From Anolis carolinensis (Eukaryota), in the NCBI RefSeq assembly GCF_035594765.1, contig NC_085842.1, positions 294,361,749 to 294,425,748 on the forward strand: 64,000 nt of DNA, read 5' to 3'. The notes under the pieces are model-generated. The model was not told the origin of the DNA, did no database searches, and was given only the letters and a program-made list of their open reading frames with translations. A program made the translations under genes and the position numbers. Below are positions 46,187 to 59,917 of this stretch, in pieces (positions within the stretch are counted from its first letter, which is position 1; every line of letters starts with the position of its first letter).

Positions 46187-49147
46187 TTTCTTCCTTTAAA
46201 ATTTCTTCTTTGGGGGTGCACTTGCTTATTGGTAACCACACTTACAGGATGGGAGAGCATGTGACAGGAAAAAAATATATTAAATATATCACTCAGTGAT
46301 CTTAGTATTTTGTTATTTCTTTTTTGAAAACAAATCAATATCTACATTTCATTCATGCAACTGCTTTCACTTTCTGCTTAAACTGCAGCAAGTGACTTCC
46401 TGTGCTATTTCATATATTTTTGAGCCACATCCTATAAATCTTAATTTATACTTCATAGTCAATTCTTTACAAGGTGTACCTTGTCAAGATTAATAATCTC
46501 CCATTTCTGCAAAAATGGTAACCAAAATCCTGGACACTTCTTTTTACCATGAAGTAGATGCAAGGTCATACCACAATTTGTATCTGTAGAAAAGAACTGA
46601 TGAGTTTTAAAGTACCCATGACCAATATTTGTGTAAAATATTTTAAACAGAAACAATGCAGATGTAACTGCTATTCTGCAGACCACCATAGATGCATTAA
46701 TTAAATGGGATTTTTAAATTGGGAATAACCAACAGGAAGCCAGCTATTACCTCCCAAGTTCAATTTGAAATTTTCCTAGTATTTACACAATTCTTTATCT
46801 TGAACTCTATAATCCAATGCCATTATTTTCTTCTGTTACCCTGTTTCCCCTAAAATAAAACATCCCTAGAAAATAAGACCTAGTAGAGGTTTTGCTGAAT
46901 GGCTAAATATAAAGACTCCCCCAAAAGTAAGACCTAGCAAAGTTTGTGTTTGAAAGCATGCCCGCTGAACAGAACACCAGAGCATGCAGGATCGGTAAAT
47001 GTACCTACCATAGAGTGTTGTACATGGAAATAATGGTAGTAACAAGAAATTCCTAATAGGATTCACAGTTTGTAATGACAACTACTGAACAGTATATAAT
47101 AAATGTTCATTTAATTTTCATGTTTTGTTCAGTATACAGCACCTGTTCTGCTTTGTGTATACCATGTCTTTGCAAAAGTTCCATAGATTTCTAGTTGCTG
47201 GCTGTACGTACAGACATTTTTTTGTTTGTTTTTTAAAAAAACAGACAAGGATGGTTCGTGAGAAAGAAATTTGGTGTGCCATTTGAAATGGGAATCCCAA
47301 TCAAATTAAAATTCACCAGTTGAGAATACATTCTATTTATTGTATTTTCTAGTTTTTGATATGCACCAGATAACATGCAAAGTTAACTTCTAGTTAGGTT
47401 TGCGGCACACAGCTCTTTACAATAGGCAAGAATTCTCTGAAAATCCATTGTGTGCAAACATGATCACCATGTAGTACATCTACTAGAGATTATCTTTCAG
47501 AAAGGCCTCAAAATGGAACTGTTTCTCTGTACCCAATTTTAGGGTAGGGAAGAAAATTTCCTTGATCTCTCAATTTATACTTTTTGCAGGATATATTATC
47601 TATTACAGTCTTAATCTAACCCACTGCAGTACCTTGCCAGCTTTTGTAAATTCTTGAGTAATCATATTCTCTCAGTGTATAATTCTATTTTTGCTATGCA
47701 ATGAAAGAAGATATAGGTATACAGAGTAGCATGGCTTTAAAAAAATCAAATTTAGATACATTTCATCTCAAACTTGTGGTAAAAGATTTCTTCGAGAGCA
47801 AGTAGGAGCTGGGGCATTATCAGCAGGAAATGAAAATTGCCCTGAATCAACTCGGAAATAGATTGTGGATCAAGCTCTGTAAATGCCTTTTCTTCAAAAT
47901 AAAATTAACCACAGTAGGTGTATTTATCCAAAGCATAAATAATCTAATAATATAGCTTGATTCAAACACAAATAACAAACAACAGTAGTTCCCTCTTGTA
48001 ACATTATATTGTCCTCTAAAAAGCTCATTTCAATCGATTTCACATTTACTATGCAGTTTCTTATCCATGTCACTGTGGAAACATGCATACTCCATGGTCC
48101 TCTTTTCATCCTAACAACAAGGCATACACTCTCCTCTTTGTCTAGTATTATTGAGCACCTATTTCTGTTTTGTACAGTCAGATCAGTACCATGTATTAAC
48201 AAGGAGTAGGTTTCAAAACTCTTGGGGGGGGGGGGGGGAGACATGTTTAAGTAGAAAAGAAAGTGGGAACTCTTTCTAAGCAATGGGTTTCCATCTTCCT
48301 TCCTCTCAAGAGTTCTCATGTTCCCCCTCAGACAGACACTGAAAGAATCCACTAAATCACTCACATTTTCCTTTCAATTCCGTATTAGCTCCCTTTAACT
48401 ACCACTACCCGCCTCACTCACATTTTCATTTCTAATGTCATTTTCTGATTTTTTCTTTTGAATTATTGTTAAAGAATCTGCAACCTTATCCCCTTAATGT
48501 ATAGAACAACAACCTCTTTACATTATTACCCATTTCCATTTACAATACTACTGCACATTTCTTGACATTACATGTCATTTTCAAGAGTTCTCCATAGCTC
48601 TCAGTCATCTTTCACAATACATTACATATCTCCCCTGAATGAGTCCAAGGCTCAGTGTTACATATCTTCTTTCACCAACTTATTCTCTTTTTATACATGA
48701 GCTCAAGGCACAATGAAGGAAAGGGGGCTCATCAACATTCCTGGGGCCACTTCACAAAATCATTTTATGATGGGTATTTGCCAAGTAAATGCTTTTGCAC
48801 AAACACAGATGGGTGAAACTACTGTTTGAACCAGTATTTCATAGATGGATTCTTAGCCTTCTTAGTACAAAGAAATACCTGCTAATTTGAAACTCTTTTA
48901 TACATCACTTTCATCAGGATTTTCTGTTTTCAAGATGGCTTTTTCAACCAACTCTTTATAATAAATATTCTTCGCACTATGGCAAAATCAGTGCACATGG
49001 TCAGAATTTAATTTAAAATGTGTTAAGCTACATACACAAAAAATCAAGAAGAATATAATAGGTTCCAGTACAAGAGAAGAGGAATTTTATATCTGTTTGT
49101 CCCAAGTGTATTTTAATCTAAAAGCATGTTTTACAACATGCCTTTGT

Positions 49148-49328
49148 GTATGTGCCTTCAAGTCACCTGTCAACTTATGGCAATCTCATGAATTTCACAG
49201 ACAAGGAATGCTCAGAGGCAATCATGCCAGTTCCTCCCTCTGAAATATAGCCTACAGTGTCTGCTATTCATTGGCAATCTCCCATCCAAACCCTAAGCAG
49301 GGCTGACCTTGCTTAGCTTCTAAGATCA
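49148..49328 (-). mobile_element. 5S rRNA-derived SINE
   Basis: Reverse-complement homologue of 7900-8105 (GATCTTAGAAGCTAAGCAAGGTCAGCCCTG...). Confidence 0.7.
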
Positions 49329-51112
49329 TGTATTGCAAATATAAATGCGTGAATTAAAGGATTCTGCTTGGGTCAATTATAAAATCAACACCAAAGAAAA
49401 ACAATAACCAACTGGCATACATATTATGCGAGTTTGTGTTACACAGTTTCAGTTATATATGAAGCCCCCATCCATGAACAAAGGCGAGGGATAGCAGGCT
49501 TTCCACAGAGGAAAGAACACACTTCTTTCTTGGTGGTGACAACTATTTATTTATTTATTTATTTATTTATTTATTATTTTATTTATATACCGCTCTTCTC
49601 CCCCAGGTGGACTCAGTAGTAGCTATACTTCATATAGCTACTCTCCCCTCCACAGAACATGAGCTGGGGGGGGGGGGGGTGTCTGGATTTTGATGGTGTA
49701 CTATACAGTACTTTCATGCTAATTGGGGAGGGGAAGGCTCCAGATATTACACAAAAATCATATTATACAAAAGATACCAAAACAAAATCCTTATGTAATA
49801 TGCAGGCCTACTATATTCACATAAGGAGATATTTCCGCCTTTAAATATTCAGTCTCACCAGCAAGTTAATAAGTATGCTTAGTTGTTATTCTGTTTAAAA
49901 CTGCAGAAGAAAGGATATGTAGCCTGTCGAAAGAACACTGGGCAGCTTTCCAGGCTTTGCTGGGCCACTGATAAGTTACAAAAAAATTGAGGCAATAAAG
50001 GGACAACACAGAGCATCAGAGGGTAAAGCTGTTTTCGTGGGCACAGAACATGAGGGTAAAGCTGCTTTCCCTCTCCTCTCCTGGATTTGTTCTTTCTGGT
50101 TAAGTTGGGTGTCAGTACCTCTTCTCCTGAAGCAGCTATTCACCCTCTGAAATAAGTGGCAGATTCCCTTCCCCTATTGTTTAAAGGGGGCCTTCGGCCA
50201 CTTTTGGTTTCTTTTATTCTTTTCTGAAATCTGTGCAACATCCAGAAAGGGCACAGAAAATTGGCCCCCAGACCTGGTGAAGTTGTCGACTCTGCATAAA
50301 AAGATGCTAAATAGGACTGAAAACACTGTCATTTTAGACAAGATTTTCCCTTGCTGCTAATAAAAATTGCACCAAAAAAACCAGGCTGGAAGATGAGGGA
50401 GAGAAACAGATAGATTAAGCTGTCAATTTAAGATGCGATAATGCACTTCACAGCTAAAACATTCATCTATGTGACAGCTAAGCAGATGGAATTTTTCCTT
50501 TTTAAAAAAATGAACCAACATCTAACTATCCCTTACTCTAAGAAAGCAAATGCTTCATTCTAGAAACAAATGTGAACTGCTTAATATGTCAGTGATTAAA
50601 AATAATGACCATTCCTGTACAATGTACAAATGGCTGATACAGTAATAGGCAATTGGTTTACACTAGGCACAAATATAATTGCAGATGTATGCAAGGCTTG
50701 CTGAAAACAAACTGCTGGACTATTGTGAATCCAATCATCTCAGCAATCTAATAAAACCCATATATAGTATAGCAACACTTTTAAGATTCAACTGCATTAA
50801 CGCCTCATACATTCACATACTATTTTGCTAAATCTGGCCATTTCTATCTTCCCAGTTTCCCTAGAACAGTATTCATCAGGGCTGACTTGGCTTAGCTTCC
50901 AAAATCAGAAATGATCTGGCAACTTTAGAATATTTATCTGGTTTATGTAGCATAAAACATTCCGGTAGTATACCTGCAAAGTACTGGCAGAAAAGCATTC
51001 AAAATATTTTCCTGCACCAGTTATTAACTGGATCCCTGAAAATTTCACCAAAACACCATACATATACTTACATTCAAAAGTACCCTTTTAATCTATAAAT
51101 GGTCTCCAGAGT

Positions 51113-52105
51113 CATCATCATCATTATAGGTGATCCCTCGTGGCCGAGTAGAATTGCCTTCCAAGTGCATGGTCTTGGCGGTGGGCCCATAGGCGACTAT
51201 AAAGACCTTTTCTTGATCTGCATGTTCTTTCACAGTGAGGACATTGATTTCCAGATGGAAGGTGTCCTGACAAGTGTTGGCCTTCCTCCTGACGTGTTTC
51301 TCCCATTTAAAGCTTATCTCCAGTTAGAACGCTCAAGGGCCAGGGTTTCCCAGTTCTCAGTATCTATGCCACAGTTTTTAAGGTTAGTTTTAAATCCATC
51401 TAAAAATCTTTTCTCCTGTCCACCAACATTCCGTTTTCCGTTCCTGAGTTGAGAGTATAGTAACTGCTTTGGGAGATGCTGTTTGGGCATTCGGACAACG
51501 TGGCGAGTCCAGCAAAGTTGATGGCAAAGGATCATTGCTTCAATGCTGGTGATCTTCGCTTCTCTTACCACACAACATTTGTCTGCCTGTCTTCCCAAGA
51601 GATTTGCAGGATTTTTCAGAGACAATGATGATGGAATCGTTCTAGAAGTTGAGTGTGTAGATGGTCCACATTTCGTAGGCGTATAACAGGGTTGGGAGAA
51701 CAATAGCTTTACAAATAATCATCTTGGTATCCCTAAATGTCCTGATCCTCAAACACTGCTTCATTTGGAAAAATACTGCATCCGCAAAGCTCAGAAGATG
51801 TTGTATTGATGCTGTCTTTTGTGGAGAGGTGTATACGAAGGTAACAGAAATGGTCAACATTTTCTAATGTTACACCGTTAAGCTGTATTTCTGGCATTGC
51901 TGAGGGATTGGCTGGTGCCTGCTGAAAGAACACTTTGGTTTTCTCAACGTTCAGCGAGAGGCCAAGCTTTTCGTATGCTTTTGCAAAGGTGTTTAGAGTG
52001 GCTTGTAGGTCTTCTTCTGAAAATGGACAGACTACATTATCATCAGCATACTGGAGTTCTATAACAGATGTTGTTGTGACCTTAGTTTTGGCTTTCAGTC
52101 TGCCG
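51113..52105 (-). mobile_element. RTE-clade LINE, 5'-truncated and frameshifted
   Basis: RLKAKTKV...ELQYADD...LGLSLNVEKTKV (RT), KAIVLPTLLY, HVVRM...LPKQLLY, C-terminal CPHCERTCRS..GLYS; (TGA)n tail. Confidence 0.88.
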
Positions 52106-55100
52106 AAGTCATAGTCCACCACTCAAACCACTTCTCCCCCCCAGCTCTCTATTGTATACAATATCTATGCTAAAATATCTTCAGGAACTGGAATACAGAA
52201 TCAGAAGTTTAGCACTAAACAAGCTACCAAGTTGGAAATGGGTAAACCAAAAAGAAATGGATAAATCAAAATGACATGCCATTCTTTACAGCATGATCTA
52301 GTGCTCTCTGTCCTGCTAGGGTCCTCGATACTGTCGGGAGAACTTTTTTAAAAAACTCTTGTGGAAATGTAGCCTAAAGCACACACACTATCTAGTTCTT
52401 TTTCTTGCTCTATTATTTCATACAACAGTAACTGAAGCAGGTATTCTTATAATTTATGTTTAAAGAAGGACCAGGAAGCTAGAAAGTATATCACAAAAGT
52501 AATGCTCTTCAAAAATTCAATTACTTATTTAGGATCCTAATATTATCCTAATCTATTAAATCAAATGATAAAGAAGCAGATTACATCACTCTTCCAGAAT
52601 GAAAAAAACATGCTTATTGCATTACACCACTGCAATAAAGTTTCAGAAACTAGTGTTACAGTAATGAAACAGTGACATTAGTTGGGAACAAAGTGAAAGC
52701 CAAACGTTTGAATTACAGGCATGTACACACACACTATACCTTTTTAGAAATACACATGATTCAAAATTTTAAGTCTTGTGTCACAAAGTAATTGACCAGC
52801 AATAAATACCAGTAGGTTATATTTCAGAGGAAAGATCACCTCTGGGTATCCCTTTTCTGAGAAAACCCTATGAAATTCATGAGGTCGCCACAAGTTGACA
52901 GGTGACTTTAAGGTGTGCATGCACCCACAACTAAGGAAACAGTCAGATTCTAATCTAACACACCGATTGATGGGGGCCCCATATTTTGGTAACTCTTTTT
53001 TATTGGACACGTAATATGTGATCTTATTAGAGGTGATCCTGTTTTGACAATTCTTAAAATTGAAGATACTATTTTTATCAGACTTTTCAAACTAACCAAA
53101 GCTGCCATTCAATGAGGAACTCTCCAGAAGCCAAAGACATTCCTCATATAGCCACTATTAGCATAGCTTGCTCATTTTAGGGAGGGGGGATGACAAAGGA
53201 CACAACAGAACATGACACACACAACAAAACTTAAAAGAGATCTTTAAACAAAAGGATTAAAACAAATAGAGGAGCACTCAGAAATATTGGAATATTTCCA
53301 TCAAGCAGAATCCAACAAAACTGTCAGCTTGTTTTGACCCAGGAATAAGTTATCAAAAATTTGTTAGGCATCAGAGTTAACAGTATATCAAAATGAGTGG
53401 CAGCAGCTCATACTCTAAGAGCTATTTTTAAGACTCTGTGTGCGCTCCTGTGAGAGTGATATGAGGCAGTTTTCGTCCCCAATTTTGAATTTTAATAGCT
53501 GCCATGACTACACCAATAAAAGAAATCAAACTGAAGACAAAGAACCTTGCATGCAATGTGACATCCTGGCAGTAACTGTTACCATAAATGCATTGTGCGT
53601 TCACAAACACTGGACTAATCAATGGCAAGGATGCAGAATTAATGCACAGTGCCATTACAGATTTCCACTACAGCAGAGTTCTTAATTTTTTATTTTTTTT
53701 GAGAATATTCCTAAATCAAGAAGAGAGAAAAATCTGAGGAGTGCTTAAGTGCTGAATAGAAAGAAATTTCCATAGGGAACAAAATCAGGAACAGGAAAGA
53801 AGCAGAGATTTGGATTATAAAAATCATCATACCTTAAGAAATATGGAGTGTTTTTAAACTTCATGAAAATATCACCAGGAGTGTGTTTCAGCAGAACTGA
53901 TTGGCTGCCTGTCCATTTTCAGGCAGAATTCACAGTGATGTTTATGCCCTATATAGTTCAGATTTAGGTCCAGGATATACAAAGTATTGTATTCTCCCAT
54001 ATAAACTTGGCCATGTATTGACATCTTGTTGAAATTGCATATATACTTTTAATTGTCATAGATTGGTAAATTAGTCAAATTCAACCACTCTTCAGTTTAA
54101 TCTACTTTTACCCATAACTAATAACAAATGATTGGTTCACATTTTACTCATATACACCAATCATCTCCCCTTCTCTCTATCTCACACACTGCCCACTTTG
54201 TTAAAAAAATCACAAAGAAAAAATAGTGGTGCTGGTGAGCCAAACCTTGGGGTTTAAGCCACCAAAGGCAGACCAAAAAGTTATAGTATAAGTTAATAAC
54301 CACAAATAGAGACACATTCAACTACTAAAATCCACCTCCCACAAAAGGTGCATAAAAGGGGTTGTTTCTGTGGAAAGGAATCAGATGAAGTATTTGCTTG
54401 CCTCAGGAAGATCAACAGATTTGACTTACTTGTTTAGGCTGGTTACATGGATCATTATTCTCACACATTTTAAATTAACATCTGCATACCAATATATAAA
54501 TATTGAAACAAATCTATTCAGATATGTAAAACTTTTTCTTTCAAAAGAGCTGCTTCCCTCAAGGCACAAAAATATAAGTAAAACATCAGTATATGTAGCT
54601 AGTTCCAAATCTAGAAATTCTCTCCGTAAATTGGGATAAGGCAAAATGTAAAATTTCTTTTGCTTAAAGGACATCAGAGTATACAACAAAGCCACGAACC
54701 TAAAACATTCTGAAGCAATGCTGCCCCCTTCTGTACATTCTCACAATGTGCGAGTATGTTTTATTTTTAAACCAAGAATCTAGAAAAGTTTCCCACAGGA
54801 AGGCTACTACTAATATTTATAAATTTATGATTCACTTTTACCTACTCAATGTAAGCCACCTTGAGTCCCGCCAGAGATTGAGAAAGACAGGATATAAATA
54901 TGGTAAATAAAATAAATAAATAAAATTTAGCAATCAGAAGTACCTTATTAAATATCATTTACAATACATATATTAAAACAAGTTCAGTCCATATAATAAC
55001 ATCCTAATAAGCAGAAGGAAGAGATATAAAGGGGAAACAGGAAATTAAAGGTAATTTAAACATATTCCACTGGAATTACACTGGAACAGCTCTTACTATC

Positions 55101-56635
55101 TGGAAGATCTTAGGTGGCATATTTTTTCTGCATTCTAGAAATAAGTCTACAGACATCACTATAGAATGATGCAAGCCAAAATCCAGTCTCTACAATCTTT
55201 TAGCCATCTCACTCAATAGCCACCCAGCCGCATTCATACTATCATCCTATACAAACATGACTGCTTTCAGTATGGCATCACAAGCACCACAAAAGCTATA
55301 TTCAACTCCCAGGTTAATATCTAATTGAGACCAAGCTCAGCACGAAGACAAGCAAACATCATAGCATGGCAGTCTAGATACTGCTGGACGAGAATTGATA
55401 TAATTCCTGACCTCTGACTAGGGCAGATGAGATTTAGATGCAAGCAATACTTAAAGACAGTGCTTGCCCTACTTTTAGGCAGAATTAGGCAACCTCACTC
55501 AGGCAGCAGATAGGAGGAACAGCAATGCTGATGTCCCTACCTGTTTCTTCAGAGTCATCAGCCCTTACCCATCCCAAAGGCACAGAGTTGTGCAGACCAC
55601 AATGTCTCCCCTGCACATCTTAAATAATCCTGTTGCCCTTAGAAATGCCAGTCTATCCCCAAATCCATTAAATAACAAAAAAGTACATGAAAAATGGCTG
55701 CTACAGACACCCTCAGAATATCAGGATGATTGCCCAAGCTTGGTTTTGTGGGCTTGACATGGGTTCTTTCTTCTATGGCTGACAGTGGGTGGCCATGAGA
55801 ACAGACTGGTGTTGCTTCTGACCTGCGGAACCTGATTGTGTAGGGAGAGGAAATATAAAGCTTTCTCTTTCAACATTCTATTGTTTTCACACTAGTGTCA
55901 CAGAACTGCAATTATCATTGAAAAACCAAGTAACACGCAGTGAGACTTTGTATCTCATGGTCTGACAGAACTGGAATCATGTAGACCAAATCCAAAATAT
56001 CTGAGAAACATTCTTCAGCTTACATACTGCATATACGCATGTATAAGTCAACCTCACGTATAAGTCAAGGGCAGGTTCTGGGGGCCAAAAGTATGGATTT
56101 TGATATGACCCATGGATAAGTCATTCTGGGGATAAAGAAAATCACAAATGGCCACCTTCAACATTATTGCTCAAAACATTTTGGTTAGGTGCACATAGTA
56201 TTCCCATTTCCTTCTGAAAGAAATTAAGACAAAACTAAGGCACTCTAAAGCAATCTACAGTGCTAAGTGTTTAGAACTCCCTCTGCTGGTTGTAGTGCCA
56301 TTCTTCCAGGTGAACACTACTAACAAAGGAAATAGGACACAATTTCATTTTACTGACTGCTATGATAAATAAAGAATGATACGCAAGCAGACAAAATATT
56401 TGAAATCGTAATTGCTGTCATATTATATATTATAAAATACAACAAGTATATTATTATAAATACAAACCACAAAAATCTACATAATATGAAGGCCTAAATC
56501 TTAATTTCAGATCATACAATAATAACTTGAGTTTTTCAATTAAATGTATTTTAAAAAGCGATAAAGCATTCAGCAAAGCCCTGTCCGCCAGCTGCTATGC
56601 CCGATCCTGTGCCGCTCCTCAATTAAGTCCAACAA

Positions 56636-57180
56636 ATAATAATAATAATTAATAATGTTATTTTTTTTATACCCCGCCACCATCTCCCCTGAGGGACTTG
56701 GGGCGGCTCACAGATATAAAACAAGCATACAGTGGTATCAAATACAAAAAACACACAAATAAAATTAAAAGGCATAGAATAAAATCACAGTCATTATAAA
56801 ACACATGATAAAACACAGCAATAAAATCATACAATGGACTGGGCAAAGTGCACTGAGTAAAACTTGTAAACATGAAGGAAGTTAAGGTGCTATAAGATCA
56901 TGGGGAGAACCTTAAACTGGGATGAACTCTGTGGCTATGTCGAGGAGTTAACCAACAGGTACAACCGGTCAGAAGTAACCGCTAATATAAGGGTTTAGCG
57001 TACAGTGGGCGGTACTTATTCAAAAGCCTGTGTGAAGATCCAGGTTTTCAGGCTCTTCCTGAACACTTCCAAGGTGGCAGCTTGCCTAATTTCCCTGGGG
57101 AGCGCGTTCCAGAGCTGGGCGGCCACCACTGAGAAGGCCCTCTCTCTCGTCCCCACCAACCGCACTTGTGACAGAGGCGG
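56636..57180 (-). mobile_element. L2 LINE 3' fragment
   Basis: GAGAGAGGGCCTTCTCAGTGGTGGCC ORF2 end, UTR, GAGCCGCCCCAAGTCCC stem and (TTA)n. Confidence 0.8.
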
Positions 57181-57504
57181 AAGCCAAACAAACAGCCAAT
57201 AAATAAAACTTAATGTGAAATTGAGCTTGTCACACGTGGTCCTTTAAAAAGAAAAAGTTCAATATATATATATAAAGTTCATAATGTACAATTATTTAGA
57301 TGTGATTTTTTTTGCTTTCCACCTGACATGGATACAATTTCAATTTAGGAAATATGCAATTATTGACTATATTAACATCTCACAAAATAAAGAAAGCAAG
57401 CAACCTTTACATACAGGGGTCCAGAAAGACAGTTGGTTCTCAAGAGCCTCTAAAATCCAAATTTGTGAATTACTGGGTGCAATATAGCCCTCTTAAATAG
57501 TCTA

Positions 57505-57630
57505 AAGGCACCAGATTTTGCCTAACCTCAGACACTAAGCAAGGTCAGTCCTGCCTAGTACTTGGATGGCTGACCAACTAATACCAGGTGCTGGGAGCTG
57601 TATTTCAGAAGAAGGAACTAGCAAAACCAA
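57505..57630 (+). mobile_element. 5S rRNA-derived SINE, partial
   Basis: CTAAGCAAGGTCAGTCCTGCCTAGTACTTGGATGG...TACCAGGTGCTG is 5S-like, followed by the family tail start. Confidence 0.6.
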
Positions 57631-58590
57631 AGTAGATTCAACCGCTTAGAGATTTTTAGCCATTGTACACCAACACTCACATATACTCAAAATCTTTTCC
57701 AAATTATTGGCAACCACTCTAGTGCAGGTGTTTTGGCCACTGTTCAGTATTGGAGGAGGAAAGAGGGAGAAGTGCCACTGAAGAATTGGAGATATACTAG
57801 CACAAAGTTAAACTCTAATGGTCACAATATTCATCAAAATGGATGCACTACAGGTCTACCATGGTTTATACTTTAACAAATTCATTATTACTATGACCAA
57901 TTATTTTATATTTAAAATCCTTATAGCATTATTTGTACCAAATATATTTTTCAATAAAATGCATAAACTGCACAAGGAACTTGTTTTGCAATCATCAAAA
58001 TATGAAAATCAATATAGGCTGGCATAGCAAGACCAATTCATCAAACAGCAAGGCCGTGGCGATACTCTGACAGTATGTTATACAATAAAAATAAATAAAT
58101 GCACTATATAGATAAATCTATCCTTTTTAGTGAAATACTTGACCCAGATAGTAAAAATTACTCATCAATCATGGCTGCTTAAGTGTCCAATCCCACCTTC
58201 TGCCTCATCCAGTTTTAAGAATAGCAACTCAGAAGTCATCTCAGAGTAAACGACTAAGGTTGGATCTTTCTCTGGGGATGAGCATGATGGAATTGTACTA
58301 TTTAATCACTGTCAAGCTAATCTCTTAACAAGTTCAAATTGCTGGGGGGGGGGGGAATCAAAGGATATGCAATATTATAAATATAATTTGAGAATGGAAA
58401 TCACTGATATAAGGAGTAATCTGCTCATTCACATATTATCCTGAGATAAACTCAGGCTCTCAAGAGATCATAGGTGGACATCTCAAACATTCCTGAGGTT
58501 TGAGTCCAACCTTCTGGCCCCCACATTTTGCTATTTCTGAACTTTCTTAGAGGACAATTAAAATGTCCCTCTTTATGGTCAGCTGCTAGC

Positions 58591-58627
<37 letters not shown>

Positions 58628-59210
58628 TAATAAAAATAAAAAATTATTCTTACAACCCACCTCTATCTCCCCGAAGGGATTCGGGGTAGCTTAAATGGGG
58701 ACCAAGTCCAGAAAACCCAAAACAGATATAAAAATTAAAACACAGAACAATATAATTAAAACAATAAACAATAGATTAAAGGCATCATAAAATACATCAA
58801 TGAGCCTCAAACTGAAAAGTAGGACTATTAAAATTTGCAGGGACCAGCAGGGCATGTGCGAGGCGCAGGTCAATAGGGTTAGGAGTGGGAGTAAAGTGCT
58901 AGAAATTAGGGCAGTAACAATTTGGTCTGGACAATGATAAAATTACAAGATGACCTATTGTTTGAAGGCATATTGAAACATCCATGTCTTCAAATCTTTA
59001 TGGAATGTGGACAGGGTGGGGACTAATCTGATCTCCCTGGGGAGAGAGTTCCAGAGCCAGGGGGCCACCACCGAGAAGGCCCTCTCCCTCATCCCAACCA
59101 ACCATGTTTGTGATGGAGGCGGGAGCGAGAGAAGGGCCTCCCTGGAAGATCTAAGAGCCCACACTGCTTCATAGGGAGATATGATTGCGAAGATAAACAG
59201 GTCCCAAACC
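58591..59210 (-). mobile_element. L2 LINE 3' fragment
   Basis: LRSSREALLSLPPP...RAFSVVAPWLWNSLPREIR; (TTA)n tail. Confidence 0.85.
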
Positions 59211-59480
59211 AGTAAGAGGTCAAGCTAAAATACTGTGACGTTTTTGGTCTCATTATTTTGGTACTGGCCCAATAGCTAGTAAAAGTTTAATTCTGCCCTC
59301 GAAATGAAAGGATTTTTCTACTCTTACAACAGATAAGATTTCGAGATGAAGAGCTCATAAAGGTACTAATAAAAAAACATTGCATAGCTATTTTGTCTTT
59401 CCTTCCAGTTTTTCCTGGCGAGGAAAAAAACAGCTTGAATAAGCAGTGGGGAGAAAAATGGGAGGGTTCTAACTGACCCA

Positions 59481-59687
59481 GGCCCCTTCCACACAGCCAT
59501 ATAACCCAGAATATCAAGGCAGATAATCCACAAATCTGCTTTGAACTGGATTGTCTATGGCTCCTTCCACACGGCTGTATAAAATCCAAATTGATTGGAT
59601 TATTTGGCAGTGTGGAAAGACCCTGAGTCCACACTTCCATATAATGCAATTCAATGTGGATGTTATAGAGCTGTGTGGAAGGGGTCC
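59481..59687. mobile_element. Harbinger-like MITE containing a second, shorter related MITE (~59559-59623)
   Basis: Two forward CCTTCCACAC termini followed by two reverse GTGTGGAA termini. Confidence 0.6.
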
Positions 59688-59782
59688 CCCAAAATACACA
59701 AATCCAGAAAGAGGACTGAGATACTATACCACTCCTGAAACTCTAATGTGTTTGGCACAACATTTTATACCAATGTCTAGTG

Positions 59783-59917
59783 CAGTGGTTCTCAATCTGG
59801 GGTCCCCAGATGTTTTTGGCCTTCAACTCCCAGAAATCCTAACAGCTGGTACACTGGCTGGGATTTCTAGGAGTTGTAGGTCAAAAACATCTGGGGATCC
59901 CAGGTCGAGAACCACTG
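59783..59917. mobile_element. hAT-type MITE (same family as 365-499)
   Basis: CAGTGGTTCTC...GAGAACCACTG; perfect 8-bp TSD GTCTAGTG. Confidence 0.88.
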
